Shown here in pieces: positions 40,558 through 51,448 of a DNA stretch of 64,000 nt. The DNA is from an uncultured candidate division Zixibacteria bacterium (GTDB lineage Bacteria > Zixibacteria > MSB-5A5 > UBA10806): assembly GCA_963801605.1 (NCBI GenBank), contig CAWDFP010000006.1, positions 1,152,001 to 1,216,000 of the forward strand, read 5' to 3'. Every line of letters begins with the position of its first letter. The stretch's first letter is position 1. The translations under genes and the position numbers were made by a program. The notes under the pieces were generated by a model that ran no database searches, had not been told where the DNA came from, and worked only from the letters and a program-made list of their open reading frames with translations.

Positions 40558-41585
40558 CAGTTTTGATGGGGGGGAACTCCGCCGAGCGCGATGTCTCGTT
40601 GGCATCCGGCGCTGGGATTGTGGCGGGCCTTAAGGCCGCCGGCCATGAGGCGATAGGAATCGATACCGCTCTGGGGGCCGGACAGCTTTCGGCTCATGCC
40701 AAAGCCGAGATTAGTGGAATCAAATCCGAACCGCCTACTGTGGGCGACCTCGCAGTTATATCGAGCGAGACTACCATCCAAACCGTGAGTTCTCCTGATT
40801 TAAAAGCGGTAGACCTGGTTTTTATCGCTCTTCATGGTGGCATGGGTGAAAACGGCACCATTCAAGCCCTTCTGGACCTGATGGGGATTCCCTATACCGG
40901 CTCCGGGGTCCTGGCTTCGGCGGCGGCGATGGATAAATTAATCGCTAAAAAGATATTTATTGCCTCCGGAATTCCCACGCCTGATTATTTTGTGAAGGCA
41001 TCGTCAAATATTGGCGCCGAACAGGAGTTGATTGCCGAAGTTGAAAAAACAACCGGTTTTCCGGTGGTAGTCAAGCCCAACGATCAAGGCTCATCGGTGG
41101 GGCTCGATATCGCAAAGGACCCAAAAAGCCTATTTGAAATCGCCAAAAAAGCGGCGCTGTATTCCGATAAAGTTCTCTTTGAAAAATATATTCCCGGCCG
41201 GGAATTAACCGTTGCGATTTTGGATGAACTAACTTTGCCAGTGGTTGAAATCAAGCCTCATGATGGATTCTACGATTACCGGCACAAATATACCGTGGGC
41301 CAAACAGAATATCTTGTTCCCGCGCCGATTTCTATCGAACTGGAACGCCGAACCCGCGAGCTTGGCCTTCAAGCATTCCAGGCTCTTGGCTGTCGCGGAT
41401 ATGCCAGAACTGATTTTCGGCTGTCGCCCGACGGTGAGCTGTATTGCCTCGAGGTAAACACTCTTCCCGGTATGACAGCCACATCGCTTGTCCCCAAGGC
41501 AGCCAAAGCCGCAGGTGTCGAGTTTTCGGAATTACTAAGCCGTATCGCGGATAGCGCCATGCGGTATTATCAGAAAGGAAAGTAA
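40533..41585 (+). CDS. ddl: D-alanine--D-alanine ligase
   Basis: GGNSAERDVS, LHGGMGENG, GSSVG, LEVNTLPGMT; start (GTG 40533 or ATG 40515) uncertain. Confidence 0.95.
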   Translation: MEKKKYKIAVLMGGNSAERDVSLASGAGIVAGLKAAGHEAIGIDTALGAGQLSAHAKAEISGIKSEPPTVGDLAVISSETTIQTVSSPDLKAVDLVFIALHGGMGENGTIQALLDLMGIPYTGSGVLASAAAMDKLIAKKIFIASGIPTPDYFVKASSNIGAEQELIAEVEKTTGFPVVVKPNDQGSSVGLDIAKDPKSLFEIAKKAALYSDKVLFEKYIPGRELTVAILDELTLPVVEIKPHDGFYDYRHKYTVGQTEYLVPAPISIELERRTRELGLQAFQALGCRGYARTDFRLSPDGELYCLEVNTLPGMTATSLVPKAAKAAGVEFSELLSRIADSAMRYYQKGK

Positions 41586-41589
41586 GTTT

Positions 41590-42315
41590 TTGAAGTTTGA
41601 TGCAGCCATATTTGATTTAGGCTCCACGCTTATAAATTACGAAAATCACGAATGGGATGAGCTTGGGCGCATGGGATGCCAGAACGCCTGCCCGATTCTG
41701 ATTGGACTTTCAAAGGAGCTTATTACCCCGGAGCTTCTCTGGAACGATTTCCATTATGCGATCGACCAAATGTTTGAAAGTCATACTGCTGATCTGGCAG
41801 AAATTGATCTCTATGAGGTTACATCAAAAATCCTCACCAAACTTGGTATTGGCGTCAGGGATGGTTTGGTCACGAGATTTGTTGATGCTTACTATCTTCC
41901 GATAACCAACCAATGCACAATTCTCCCCGGAGCGGAGGAGATTCTGTTAAAATGCAAATCGGCCGGCCTTAAAATCGGATTGGTATCGAATACAATTTTC
42001 CCCGCCGCTTTTCATCGGGCCGAAATGGAACGTTTCGGAATCTCGCGCTTTTTCGATTTTACCATATTTTCATCTGAATTTAAGTGGCGCAAACCCAGGA
42101 AAGAAATCTATCTTAAAGCGTTGGAACTTGCAGACGTAACGCCCGAGCAATCGGTTTTTATCGGCGATAGATTGGTAGAGGACGTGGGCGGCCCGCAGGC
42201 CGTGGGGATCAAAGCAATTTTAAAATTTGTCGAGGGGCGCGATTACTCGGCCCCCATAACACCCTATAGAACGATTTACAAGCTTAGCGAGCTTGAAAAG
42301 ATAATACTTTCCTAA
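41590..42315 (+). CDS. HAD-superfamily hydrolase
   Basis: FDLGSTL, VSN, KP, IGD...DV motifs. Confidence 0.85.
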   Translation: MKFDAAIFDLGSTLINYENHEWDELGRMGCQNACPILIGLSKELITPELLWNDFHYAIDQMFESHTADLAEIDLYEVTSKILTKLGIGVRDGLVTRFVDAYYLPITNQCTILPGAEEILLKCKSAGLKIGLVSNTIFPAAFHRAEMERFGISRFFDFTIFSSEFKWRKPRKEIYLKALELADVTPEQSVFIGDRLVEDVGGPQAVGIKAILKFVEGRDYSAPITPYRTIYKLSELEKIILS

Positions 42316-42328
42316 AACAGGAGGCACT

Positions 42329-43396
42329 TTGAGCAAATATCAGAAGCTTCTACAGGAACTCACCGATGCCCATGGAGTATCGGGTTTTGAAGAAGAAGCT
42401 ACCAAGGTAATGAAAAAGCATATCAATGGCGCGGATGAGATCGTTTACGATAACCTGGGCAGCCTGATCGCCAAGAAACGAGGGAAATCAGATCGCCCGC
42501 GTATCATGATTGCGGGTCATATCGACGAAATCGGTTTTATAGTCAAAGAGATCACATCCGAAGGCTATATTAAGTTTTTGCCTCTCGGCGGATGGTGGGG
42601 GCATGTGGCCTTGGCTCAGCGTGTCATTATCAAGACTATGAAAGGCGATGTGCCGGGAATTATCGGCTCCAAGCCGCCTCATATTCTTAGCGATGAGGAG
42701 CGCAAAAAAGTCCTCGACTTAAAAGACATGTTTATTGATGTCGGCGTCTGCCAGGGATTCGATGTTAAATCCCTGGGAATTCGCCCCGGCGATCCAGTCG
42801 TGCCCGATTCCAAATTTCAGGTAATGGGAAATCCCGATCTCTATATGAATAAAGCTTTCGATAACAGATTGGGAGCGGCTGCAGCCGTCGCGGTATTTAA
42901 TGAGTTTGCAAATATCGAGCATCCCAATACGATTTATGCAGTCGGCACCGTGCAGGAAGAAGTAGGATTACGCGGCGCGGGTACTGCGGCTCACGTAGTC
43001 GATCCCGACGTGGCATTTATCGCCGATGTTTCAATTTCGGGCGATAGCCCCGATTCACAGATGACTTTTGGAAAGCTTGGATCGGGTCCGTCTATTACCG
43101 TGTTTGACGGCTCAATGATACCCAACCGCAAACTCCGCGATCTGGTAATAGACATAGCCGAAGCGCACAAGATTCCCTATCATTTCGCGGCATTGGACAG
43201 AGGCGGCACCGACGGCGGTCGCATTCATATCAGCCGAGCAGGAGTCCCCACGCTCTATGTAGGTGCGGCTACAAGATATATTCATAGCCATACCGCTATT
43301 CTGCATAAAGGCGATTTTGAAAATCTGGTAAAGCTTCTCACCGAGGTTATCAAGCAACTGGATACCAAAACGGTGGAGAAACTGTACCAAAAATAA
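42329..43396 (+). CDS. M42-family metallo-aminopeptidase
   Basis: GHIDEIG, KAFDNR, QEEVGLRGA, GGTDGG, RYIHS. Confidence 0.92.
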   Translation: MSKYQKLLQELTDAHGVSGFEEEATKVMKKHINGADEIVYDNLGSLIAKKRGKSDRPRIMIAGHIDEIGFIVKEITSEGYIKFLPLGGWWGHVALAQRVIIKTMKGDVPGIIGSKPPHILSDEERKKVLDLKDMFIDVGVCQGFDVKSLGIRPGDPVVPDSKFQVMGNPDLYMNKAFDNRLGAAAAVAVFNEFANIEHPNTIYAVGTVQEEVGLRGAGTAAHVVDPDVAFIADVSISGDSPDSQMTFGKLGSGPSITVFDGSMIPNRKLRDLVIDIAEAHKIPYHFAALDRGGTDGGRIHISRAGVPTLYVGAATRYIHSHTAILHKGDFENLVKLLTEVIKQLDTKTVEKLYQK

Positions 43397-43459
43397 GCGA
43401 GCCTGATCCGGCCGTCCGGGAACTCGAAACGGGGATTCAATTAATCGAAGGAAATTACC

Positions 43460-44857
43460 ATGGCGCTTAGATTTTTCAATACCTTAACCCGGGCATTCGA
43501 GGAGTTTCAACCAATCAATGACCAATCGGTCAGAATGTATACTTGCGGCCCAACCGTCTATGCTCCGGCTCATATCGGAAATTTTCGCGCTTATATTTTC
43601 GAGGATATCCTCAGGCGTTATCTGAAATACAAAGGATATCAGGTGACTCAAGTGATGAATCTCACTGATATCGATGATAAAACCATTCGAGATTCCCAGG
43701 CGGCCGGTATCAGCCTTGATGATCATACCAGGAAGCTTAAGGAGCAATTCTTCCGCGATCTCGATCGCCTTAATATCGAACGCGCCGAAATCTATCCGGA
43801 AGCTACCAAACATATTCCAGAAATGGTTTCTTTGGTGCAGGCTTTGGTTGATAAGGGTCATGCCTATCAATCCGGCGATTCGATATACTTTAAGATTTCC
43901 ACTTTTCCCAAATACGGCGCGCTATCGCATATGGAGTTGGAGGCGCTTAAGGCCGGCGCCAGAGTCGATAGCGACGAGTATGAGAAGGAAACCGCCTCCG
44001 ATTTCGTTCTCTGGAAAGGCTGGACTGAGCGAGATGGCAATGTTTTTTGGGATACATCTCTTGGCAAAGGACGTCCCGGCTGGCATATCGAATGCTCGGC
44101 TATGTCGATGAAGTATCTTGGCAAGCATTTCGATATTCATACCGGCGGAGTGGACAACATATTTCCCCATCATGAAAATGAAATTGCCCAATCGGAAGGC
44201 GCTACCGGTCAGAAGTTCGTCAACTACTGGATGCATAACGCCCACCTCGTCGTTGAGGGCAAGAAGATGGCGAAATCGGAGGGTAATTACTTTACGGTCG
44301 AGGATCTGGTTCGCAAAGGTCAAAACCCGATTGCCATCCGGTATCTTTTAATGTCTACTCATTACCGTCAGCCGTTGAATTTTACATTCGACGGTCTTGA
44401 AGCCGCCAAAAACGCCATAACACGGTTACGCGATTTTAAGCTAAATGTGGAAGGCGCCAAAGCTGGCGCAGGAAATCCTGCGGTTAAAGAATCGATTAAT
44501 AAGGCGGTCAGCGGTTTTGAAGCCGGTCTCGATGATGATCTCAATATCTCGCCTTCAATGGGAGCACTATTCGATTTTGTACGTGAGATAAACGCCATAA
44601 TTGCAGAACAAGGTTTATTCGAGACCGATAAAAACGATGTTCTTCAAACCTTGAAGCGTTTCGATAGCGTGCTTGGTGTGATTTTTCATAAAGAGGATGT
44701 TATCGATGAGCGTATCGAGCGCTTGATAAATGAACGAAATGCCGCTAAAAAAACTCGCGATTTCAAAAAGGCAGATCAAATCAGGGCTAATCTTTTATCC
44801 GAGGGTATCATATTGGAGGATACTCCCAAAGGCACTGTCTGGAAACGCAAGATATAG
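43460..44857 (+). CDS. cysS: Cysteine--tRNA ligase
   Basis: CGPTVY, HIGN, GRPGWHIECSAM, HHENE, KMAKS. Confidence 0.97.
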   Translation: MALRFFNTLTRAFEEFQPINDQSVRMYTCGPTVYAPAHIGNFRAYIFEDILRRYLKYKGYQVTQVMNLTDIDDKTIRDSQAAGISLDDHTRKLKEQFFRDLDRLNIERAEIYPEATKHIPEMVSLVQALVDKGHAYQSGDSIYFKISTFPKYGALSHMELEALKAGARVDSDEYEKETASDFVLWKGWTERDGNVFWDTSLGKGRPGWHIECSAMSMKYLGKHFDIHTGGVDNIFPHHENEIAQSEGATGQKFVNYWMHNAHLVVEGKKMAKSEGNYFTVEDLVRKGQNPIAIRYLLMSTHYRQPLNFTFDGLEAAKNAITRLRDFKLNVEGAKAGAGNPAVKESINKAVSGFEAGLDDDLNISPSMGALFDFVREINAIIAEQGLFETDKNDVLQTLKRFDSVLGVIFHKEDVIDERIERLINERNAAKKTRDFKKADQIRANLLSEGIILEDTPKGTVWKRKI

Positions 44858-44949
44858 AAATTGCAAATGCAGAATGGCATGCCTCCAGGCGTAATATCCT
44901 GCTTTTTAAGCAAGACGATTAACCCCCAATAATTATCACCGGTGGGAGT

Positions 44950-45897
44950 ATGATAAAAAGATTAGCAGCCTGCCTGATTCTCCTATTTGCCCTTAACGTT
45001 AAGGGTAATTGCCAGGACAACCAGATTTATAACGATACTACCAGCGATTCATTAAGCGCATCCAGCGATGATGATTTCGGGGAATGGCTTCTCAGTTCAG
45101 ATGATGATACCTCGGCGATAAATAATTCCAAAATAACTCCGAATCTCGATCAAATCCGTGCGCAAATCAACGCGGTGAATTACGATTCCGCTCTGCAGCT
45201 CGTAAACAGTTATATGAAGTATGACAGTCTGGATAACGAAGCCTGGTATCTCCTTGGATTTATATATGATCGCAAAGAAAATTTGCCACGCGCCATGGAA
45301 TGTTATCAAAAATCGATAAGACTCGATTCGACTTACTGGGGACCATATCGCGATCTGGCTTACCTTTATGAGGTTTTTGCCAAAAATGATAGCCTGCATT
45401 TTTATCTGAATAAAGCGATACAATATTCCCCCACGCCGGAAAGCCTTTATTATGATTATGGCTATTCATTCGATGTTCTGGGCAATGGCGATTCCGCTTT
45501 AGTCTATTATCATAAAGCGATTGAAAATGATCCTCGCGATATTGATGCTTACCTGAATATTGGCGCTTTATGGGGAGCAAATAATTATATCGATTCGGCC
45601 GGGATTTATACCCAACAAGCGCTGGAGCTAAATCCTGCCCTGCCTCAAAGTAACTATAATTACGCCGAGATACTCAAATCCGAGGGTGACAGTACCAGGG
45701 CAATCGATTATTATCAGAAGGCTCTGGCGCTCGATCCGTCATTGATAGAATCCAAGCTGCGACTGGGCGAGCTTTACGAGGGCCTTGGTGATTCCGCTAT
45801 GGCTAAAATCTATTTTCAGGAATTTGTTGGCTCCAACCGAATGGATTATTACGACGATATCCAGCGCATTAAAACCAAACTGGAAAATTATCGCTGA
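44950..45897 (+). CDS. Exported tetratricopeptide-repeat protein
   Basis: Signal peptide; repeated AxxxYxKA(I/L)xxDP TPR units. Confidence 0.85.
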   Translation: MIKRLAACLILLFALNVKGNCQDNQIYNDTTSDSLSASSDDDFGEWLLSSDDDTSAINNSKITPNLDQIRAQINAVNYDSALQLVNSYMKYDSLDNEAWYLLGFIYDRKENLPRAMECYQKSIRLDSTYWGPYRDLAYLYEVFAKNDSLHFYLNKAIQYSPTPESLYYDYGYSFDVLGNGDSALVYYHKAIENDPRDIDAYLNIGALWGANNYIDSAGIYTQQALELNPALPQSNYNYAEILKSEGDSTRAIDYYQKALALDPSLIESKLRLGELYEGLGDSAMAKIYFQEFVGSNRMDYYDDIQRIKTKLENYR

Positions 45898-46044
45898 TAT
45901 TCCTTGTGGTTGGCGTGTATCATGGTGCGCCGACCAACTCTAAAATTGGTTGAGAAGCAGCTATGACTCGCTCTCAAATTATTTGACCTTTTCGCAGTTC
46001 ATACGTATATCATCTATAATGCGTCTCAGGGAAAGGACCGATTG

Positions 46045-46692
46045 ATGCAAGCCAACGTTATTACATTGGGCAGGATCGTATTGGTTTTCGTGGCGCTCTG
46101 GATGTTTACTCTCGGTTTCCAGTTTAAGTTAGCGGCGACAGTCTTAACAATATTGATTATATATCTGGATTCTCTCGACGGTTACGTAGCGCGCAAACTC
46201 GGGACCGCCTCCGATTTTGGAGCGCTGCTCGATATTGCCGGTGACCGCATTGTCGAAAATGCCTACTGGATATTTTTTGCCTGGATAGGACTTGTCAGCT
46301 TTTGGATTCCGATTATTATCGTGGCCCGCGGCTTCCTGACGGATCTGGCTCGCAGCGTGGCTTTCGCCAAAGGCCAGATGCCATTCGGAAAAAGGACCCA
46401 TCTTCGTTCTAAGATTGCCCGCTTTCTCTGCTCCAGCCGTTTTTCAAGAGCGGTTTATGGTGTTACCAAGGTATTAGTATTTGTCTGGTTGGGGTTATAT
46501 TTGTCGCTTCAGGCGGCAATCAAAAAGTATGATCTGAACCTGCCCGCAATTTATAGCAAAGCGGCTTTTGATATTGGCACCGTACTGGTGTATATTACGC
46601 TTGTTATGTGTGTTCTTCGAGGCATTCCCGTATTATGGGAGTCGCGTTACCTGCTTTTAGCCAAAGAATACCCAACCAGGGCGGGATTTTGA
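46045..46692 (+). CDS. CDP-alcohol phosphatidyltransferase
   Basis: DSLDGYVAR...FGALLDIAGD motif. Confidence 0.9.
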   Translation: MQANVITLGRIVLVFVALWMFTLGFQFKLAATVLTILIIYLDSLDGYVARKLGTASDFGALLDIAGDRIVENAYWIFFAWIGLVSFWIPIIIVARGFLTDLARSVAFAKGQMPFGKRTHLRSKIARFLCSSRFSRAVYGVTKVLVFVWLGLYLSLQAAIKKYDLNLPAIYSKAAFDIGTVLVYITLVMCVLRGIPVLWESRYLLLAKEYPTRAGF

Positions 46693-47330
46693 TCCTCTTC
46701 GATATTGACGGCACAGTACTACCGGGCACGTCCTGCGAGCGCCTGTTTGTACGCTACTTGATTCATCATGGCATCCTTAGTCCCTCAAACTTCGTAAATT
46801 TCGTTATTAGAGGAATATTGCTTTTATATAAAGGCCCGGTTTATTCGCTTAAGGCCAACAAGGGATATTTACGTGGTTTTTCGACAGAGCGAATATCGGC
46901 TATCGGACGGGAGTTTTTTCAAACCGAGGTTGCCTCGCGGATTTCCAAAGTGGCAATCGAAAGAATTAACGAACACAAACGCCGCAGCGAACGCGTTATT
47001 ATTTTTTCGGGTATGCCCGATTTTCTCCTGGCCAATTTTGCGGAATTTCTGGGAGTGCATGAATATTACGGCAGTGTCATGGAAACTAAGGGCGGAAAAT
47101 TCACCGGCAGGACGCTGGGGACTTTTCCCCTGGGACATGGCAAAGTCAAACTGATTAAAAAGTTGATTTCGGAAACGCATTTCAACTGGTCCGATCTCAC
47201 TTTCTATGGGGATCACTGGCTGGATCGCTTTCTACTTTCCCGGGTGGGTCGGCCGATGGTGGTCAATCCCGGTAATCGCCTCAAACGCATTGCCAAACGC
47301 CGCAACTGGCATGTCGAGAAATTCCAATAA
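46689..47330 (+). CDS. HAD-IB family phosphatase (SerB-like)
   Basis: FDIDGT, FSG, GKVK, YGDHWLD, VVNP; TTG overlaps the upstream stop. Confidence 0.8.
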   Translation: MILFDIDGTVLPGTSCERLFVRYLIHHGILSPSNFVNFVIRGILLLYKGPVYSLKANKGYLRGFSTERISAIGREFFQTEVASRISKVAIERINEHKRRSERVIIFSGMPDFLLANFAEFLGVHEYYGSVMETKGGKFTGRTLGTFPLGHGKVKLIKKLISETHFNWSDLTFYGDHWLDRFLLSRVGRPMVVNPGNRLKRIAKRRNWHVEKFQ

Positions 47331-47422
47331 ATAATGCAGCGTTTTCAACTCGCCATATTTGGCGCTTGCGTTTTAAAATATCTTGTGACCGCACTAGCTG
47401 AAAAATTCACTTGGCGTCGGAT

Positions 47423-48353
47423 TTAAGAATCGACGCTTTCGTTCTTTTGCAGGTTAAGACCCTCAGGGGCTTGACGCTTTAAATTTTTAAATAAGACTAC
47501 TTCAAAAATAATTTGCAGGACTGACATTGATGTGCCGATCATACTGGAAATAATAATATAAATTATGCTGAATGATGTTAATCCCATTTTATTCAAACGT
47601 TTGGTAACAACAATAGAAAGAATTGAAATAAAAATTACTACTATAGTCGGCAACAATATCCTTCCAAATACTTGCCACCACCTGTTTTTGACAAGCGCTT
47701 TGCTTTCTGATAGCGCTTTGAAATAATATTTGCGATCTATGACCACAAAATATGCTGAAAAATTAAACCATACATATACAATTATGGCTGGAATTATCAG
47801 GCATAACCCTGAAAGCAGAACACTCAATACGAAAATAGCGCCAGTTATCAGATAAGGGAATTATCAGACCCAAAGTTTCTTTGTAGAGTGTCCCTGCTTT
47901 TCCGGAACTCGCTTCATCATTCGCAGCAATAATAATTGGAATTCCCGAAATCATCACCAGCGTCATGAAGATATAATTAAGAATAGGAAAAATGACATTG
48001 CCTGAGTTCGAGAAGATTGGCATATCCAAAATATTTGATATAATTGATAACAAACAATAAATTGACCCAAGAATAATAAAAATACGCTTATTATCAGCAA
48101 ATATATCAATCGTCATGGACAACAATTTGCCTAGCGGAAGTACCGGTAGCGGCTCTATGGATTCATTTATTATCGGAATTTGATTATGCTGGACTACAGG
48201 ACTTACAAGCGGTGTTTCTTCTTCGGTGTTAATTGCAGATTCTGGCACCATGCTCTCAGCGTGACATGTTTTGCACGATGCCATTTCGCCGACTTTAAGA
48301 AATTTGACGATAATTAGATTCCCGCAGCGCGGGCAATCATATTTTAGAGCCAT
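47423..48353 (-). CDS. Zn-ribbon plus multi-TM membrane protein; +1 frameshift near 47855
   Basis: CPRC...CKTC N-terminus; ORFs 47763-48353 and 47423-47827 join (...IIP|YLITGAIF...LIIPAII); span 3n+1; AT-rich. Confidence 0.65.
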
Positions 48354-49560
48354 CTATTGCTCTTTCCGCCACCCCGCTCTTTCCAAAGATCGCAAAGAAG
48401 ATCGTTCCGATTACCCCAAATCCAAAGGCTGTCCAGAGATTAACCGTTGGGCTGATTTTCCAGAGCAGCCCGCCGCCAAACGCCGCCAGTGAGACTACCG
48501 TATCGCGAAATAGATAGTAAGTGCCCATCGTGCGCGCCTTTGCCTCCGGTACCGAAAGATCAACGATCAGCGCCTTGCGGGTTGGCTCGCCGAACTCTTT
48601 CAAACCGCGAATGAAAAAAGCGAATATCAACATGCTCGTGGACCGCGAAAAATAGAGGATCGCAGGGAAGATAGTGAAAAAGCAAAAGGTGATGACCACA
48701 AAAGGCTTGCGTTCCGCCTTATCGGAAAAATAGGCCACCGGGATATAGAGCAGCATGGCGGTCCCCATTTCGATTGCGGTAAGCCAGCCGAATTCCAGCG
48801 CCCCCTTTTTCAAAATATCCATCACCCAGAGGACCACAAAGGCATAAGGTATCTGTTCGCAGAAGCGAATCAGAATATCGGAAATTAAAAGTCGCTTAAG
48901 ATTAGGGCTGAAACGCTTGAACAGCTCGAAAAAATGAAGCGGCTCGTAGGGCTTTTTTTCTGCAGGGGCTATACGCTGTTGAATGAATATCGAGATGATG
49001 CCCAGAATTAAGGCAAAACCGAATGCCAGCCTTACGCCGTTTACCACGCCGTAATAGGCAATCAATCCGCCGCCGATTACCGGCCCTAATCCCATCGGAA
49101 TGCGACGGATAATCGAATGCATCGAAACGCCCATAGCGCGTTTGCTCTTGGGCAGAAGATCGGATACCATGGTCATGGTCGCCGGAAGCGATAACGCTGA
49201 CCAGGCTAAGAAAAATATCGCGGCGATTAGCACCGCCGGCCATAACGGTATCAGGATTACAATCAGGTAACCTATCATGGCGATGATATTGAATATCAAC
49301 AGCGCCCGCTTGGTCCCCAGGCGATCCGATAAAATTCCGCCCGGCAAAGACCACAGCGCTCCCAGCAGGTTCTGCAAACCGCCATATAAGCCAATAATTA
49401 TGATGCTGGCGCCAAGAGCTTCGATATACTTGGGGATAAACCGTTCGCCGATTCGCTCGCCCATCCCAATCAGGATTACCATTACTAATAGGAAAATGTA
49501 ATCCCTCTTAAGCCCCAGGAAATTCAGTATGCCGTTTTGCGATGATGTTTCTTCTGTCAT
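48337..49560 (-). CDS. MFS transporter
   Basis: About 12 TMs; GILSDRLGTK motif A and FSDKAERK. Confidence 0.9.
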   Translation of the reverse strand: MTEETSSQNGILNFLGLKRDYIFLLVMVILIGMGERIGERFIPKYIEALGASIIIIGLYGGLQNLLGALWSLPGGILSDRLGTKRALLIFNIIAMIGYLIVILIPLWPAVLIAAIFFLAWSALSLPATMTMVSDLLPKSKRAMGVSMHSIIRRIPMGLGPVIGGGLIAYYGVVNGVRLAFGFALILGIISIFIQQRIAPAEKKPYEPLHFFELFKRFSPNLKRLLISDILIRFCEQIPYAFVVLWVMDILKKGALEFGWLTAIEMGTAMLLYIPVAYFSDKAERKPFVVITFCFFTIFPAILYFSRSTSMLIFAFFIRGLKEFGEPTRKALIVDLSVPEAKARTMGTYYLFRDTVVSLAAFGGGLLWKISPTVNLWTAFGFGVIGTIFFAIFGKSGVAERAIDGSKI

Positions 49561-49924
49561 TGGGATAAATATATTTCCCAGGAACCAAGATTGCAAGAGC
49601 GATGTTTGTAGGTTTGATGCGGGAAATTTTTCACTTTTTAGTCGAAAAGCAGGCTTTGGATTTAAGTCTTGACAGATTATGCTCGATATGTTTAACATAA
49701 GATCGATAAGTTGATTTCTGATAGCTATTTAAGAATTGGACCCTGACATCAAATGGCCTGTGAATTAACAATTTCACATCATTCCGCAAGCGGTCCGAAA
49801 AAGTTGTTTTTATTCAGTCTGAAGGATTGGAATTCAAATTATCGATTATTTTGAGCAGATCAAAAAAATAGTTGTTTAACATCCGCAATTTATTAAAAAA
49901 ATTAATATCGATCGGGAGGACTTA

Positions 49925-50956
49925 ATGCCCTTGAAAGAAAACGATAAAAAACCATCCCTTAAGGAGATTGGACTGTCAGAGGAGACTCTGATGGATTTGT
50001 ATACCAATCTCCTTAAAACCAGGCTTTTGGATGAGAGGCTCCGTAAGCTATTCCGTCAAGGCCGATACGCCGGAACCTATTTTTCGGCGGTGGGTCAGGA
50101 GGCCACCACTGTGGGGCCGACCTACGGCCTTCGCGATGATGACATCATCGGCCCATCGCATCGCGAGATAGGCGCCAATGTCACTAAAGGCGTGCCGCTG
50201 GCTAAGATCGTGGCCCAGGTTTACGCTCGCTCCAATTCGCCTGATAAAGGCAAATCACATCCCTGCCATTACGGCTATCGACCCAAGGGAGTGATCACCC
50301 CGGCCTCGACCGTAGCCGGTCAAACTATCATTGCTACCGGATGCGCCATGGCTTTCAAGATCCAGAAGAAAGATAATGTAGCTCTGGCATTTTTTGGCGA
50401 GGGTGCAACGTCGCGCGGCGGCTGGCATGAGGCGCTGAACTACGCCGGGATTCACAAGCTTCCGATTATTTATATCTGCCAGAATAATCTCTGGGCAGAA
50501 TCGGTACCGGCAACCCTTCAGGCCAATATCGAGAGATTTTCCGATAGAGCCAAGGCATACGGTATTCCGGGTGTCACCATCGACGGCAATGACGTTGTCT
50601 TAACGCACAAGACGGCCAAAGATGCTATCGACAAAGCCCGCAACAATGGCGGCCCGGCATTTATAGAATGTCTGACTTACCGCTGGTATGGCCATTCGGA
50701 AATCGATCCTGCCGATTACCGTCGCCAGGAAGAACTCGAGAGTTGGAAAGCCAAAGACCCGGTGCTTCGCGCCGAAAATCTGCTCATCAATCTTGGTTTG
50801 CTAACGACCCAAAAGCGCGAGGCTTTGGTGGAGACCATTAATCAAGAGATCGATGAGGCTGTCAACGAGGCCGAATCGGCTAAATACTCTGAGCCGGAGG
50901 AGGCTTATAACGATGTATACTCCGAGGATTTCCCTGTTATTAGAGAGGAGATCTAA
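49925..50956 (+). CDS. 2-oxoacid dehydrogenase E1 alpha (branched-chain/pyruvate type)
   Basis: GQEA, FFGEGATS...QNN TPP motif, YRWYGHS. Confidence 0.9.
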   Translation: MPLKENDKKPSLKEIGLSEETLMDLYTNLLKTRLLDERLRKLFRQGRYAGTYFSAVGQEATTVGPTYGLRDDDIIGPSHREIGANVTKGVPLAKIVAQVYARSNSPDKGKSHPCHYGYRPKGVITPASTVAGQTIIATGCAMAFKIQKKDNVALAFFGEGATSRGGWHEALNYAGIHKLPIIYICQNNLWAESVPATLQANIERFSDRAKAYGIPGVTIDGNDVVLTHKTAKDAIDKARNNGGPAFIECLTYRWYGHSEIDPADYRRQEELESWKAKDPVLRAENLLINLGLLTTQKREALVETINQEIDEAVNEAESAKYSEPEEAYNDVYSEDFPVIREEI

Positions 50957-50959
50957 GAT

Positions 50960-51448
50960 TTGTCCAATAATCTAAAATCCAAAAGCCCGGCAGAGTCCGA
51001 AATCGTAATGACTGAACTGGTTATCCCCAATGATGCTAATATTCTTGGCAATGTCTTGGGAGGACGAGTCATGCATTGGATCGATCTTTCGGCCGCTATG
51101 GCAGCTCATCGCCATTGCAACTCGATCTGCGTTACAGCTTCAATCGAAGGGCTTTCGTTTTTACATCCCATAAAACTAGGACAACTGGCTCTTTTAAAGG
51201 CACGTGTCGTCTTTGTGGGAACAACATCGTTGATAGTAAAAGTCACTATCCATTCCGAGGATATGGATACCGGTGAGCAGTTAAGAACTACTGAAGCCTA
51301 CCTGACATTCGTTTGCCTGGGACCGGATGGTAAGCCCAGAGCGGTACCGCGGCTTAATCTTCAGACCGAAGATGAAAAAGCGGAATTTGCCAAAGCCGAG
51401 AATAGCCGCAGGAAAAGGCTTGAATCGCAGAAGCAGGAGAAACAATGA
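50960..51448 (+). CDS. Hotdog-fold acyl-CoA thioesterase (YciA-like)
   Basis: PNDANILGNVLGGRVMHWID, VTAS, VGTTS. Confidence 0.9.
   Translation: MSNNLKSKSPAESEIVMTELVIPNDANILGNVLGGRVMHWIDLSAAMAAHRHCNSICVTASIEGLSFLHPIKLGQLALLKARVVFVGTTSLIVKVTIHSEDMDTGEQLRTTEAYLTFVCLGPDGKPRAVPRLNLQTEDEKAEFAKAENSRRKRLESQKQEKQ

Noticed and set aside
45907..45977. Two hairpins after the TPR gene as further copies of the cloverleaf element
   Set aside because: No sequence similarity to the P1, P2 or P4 arms; probably ordinary terminator or stabiliser stems.
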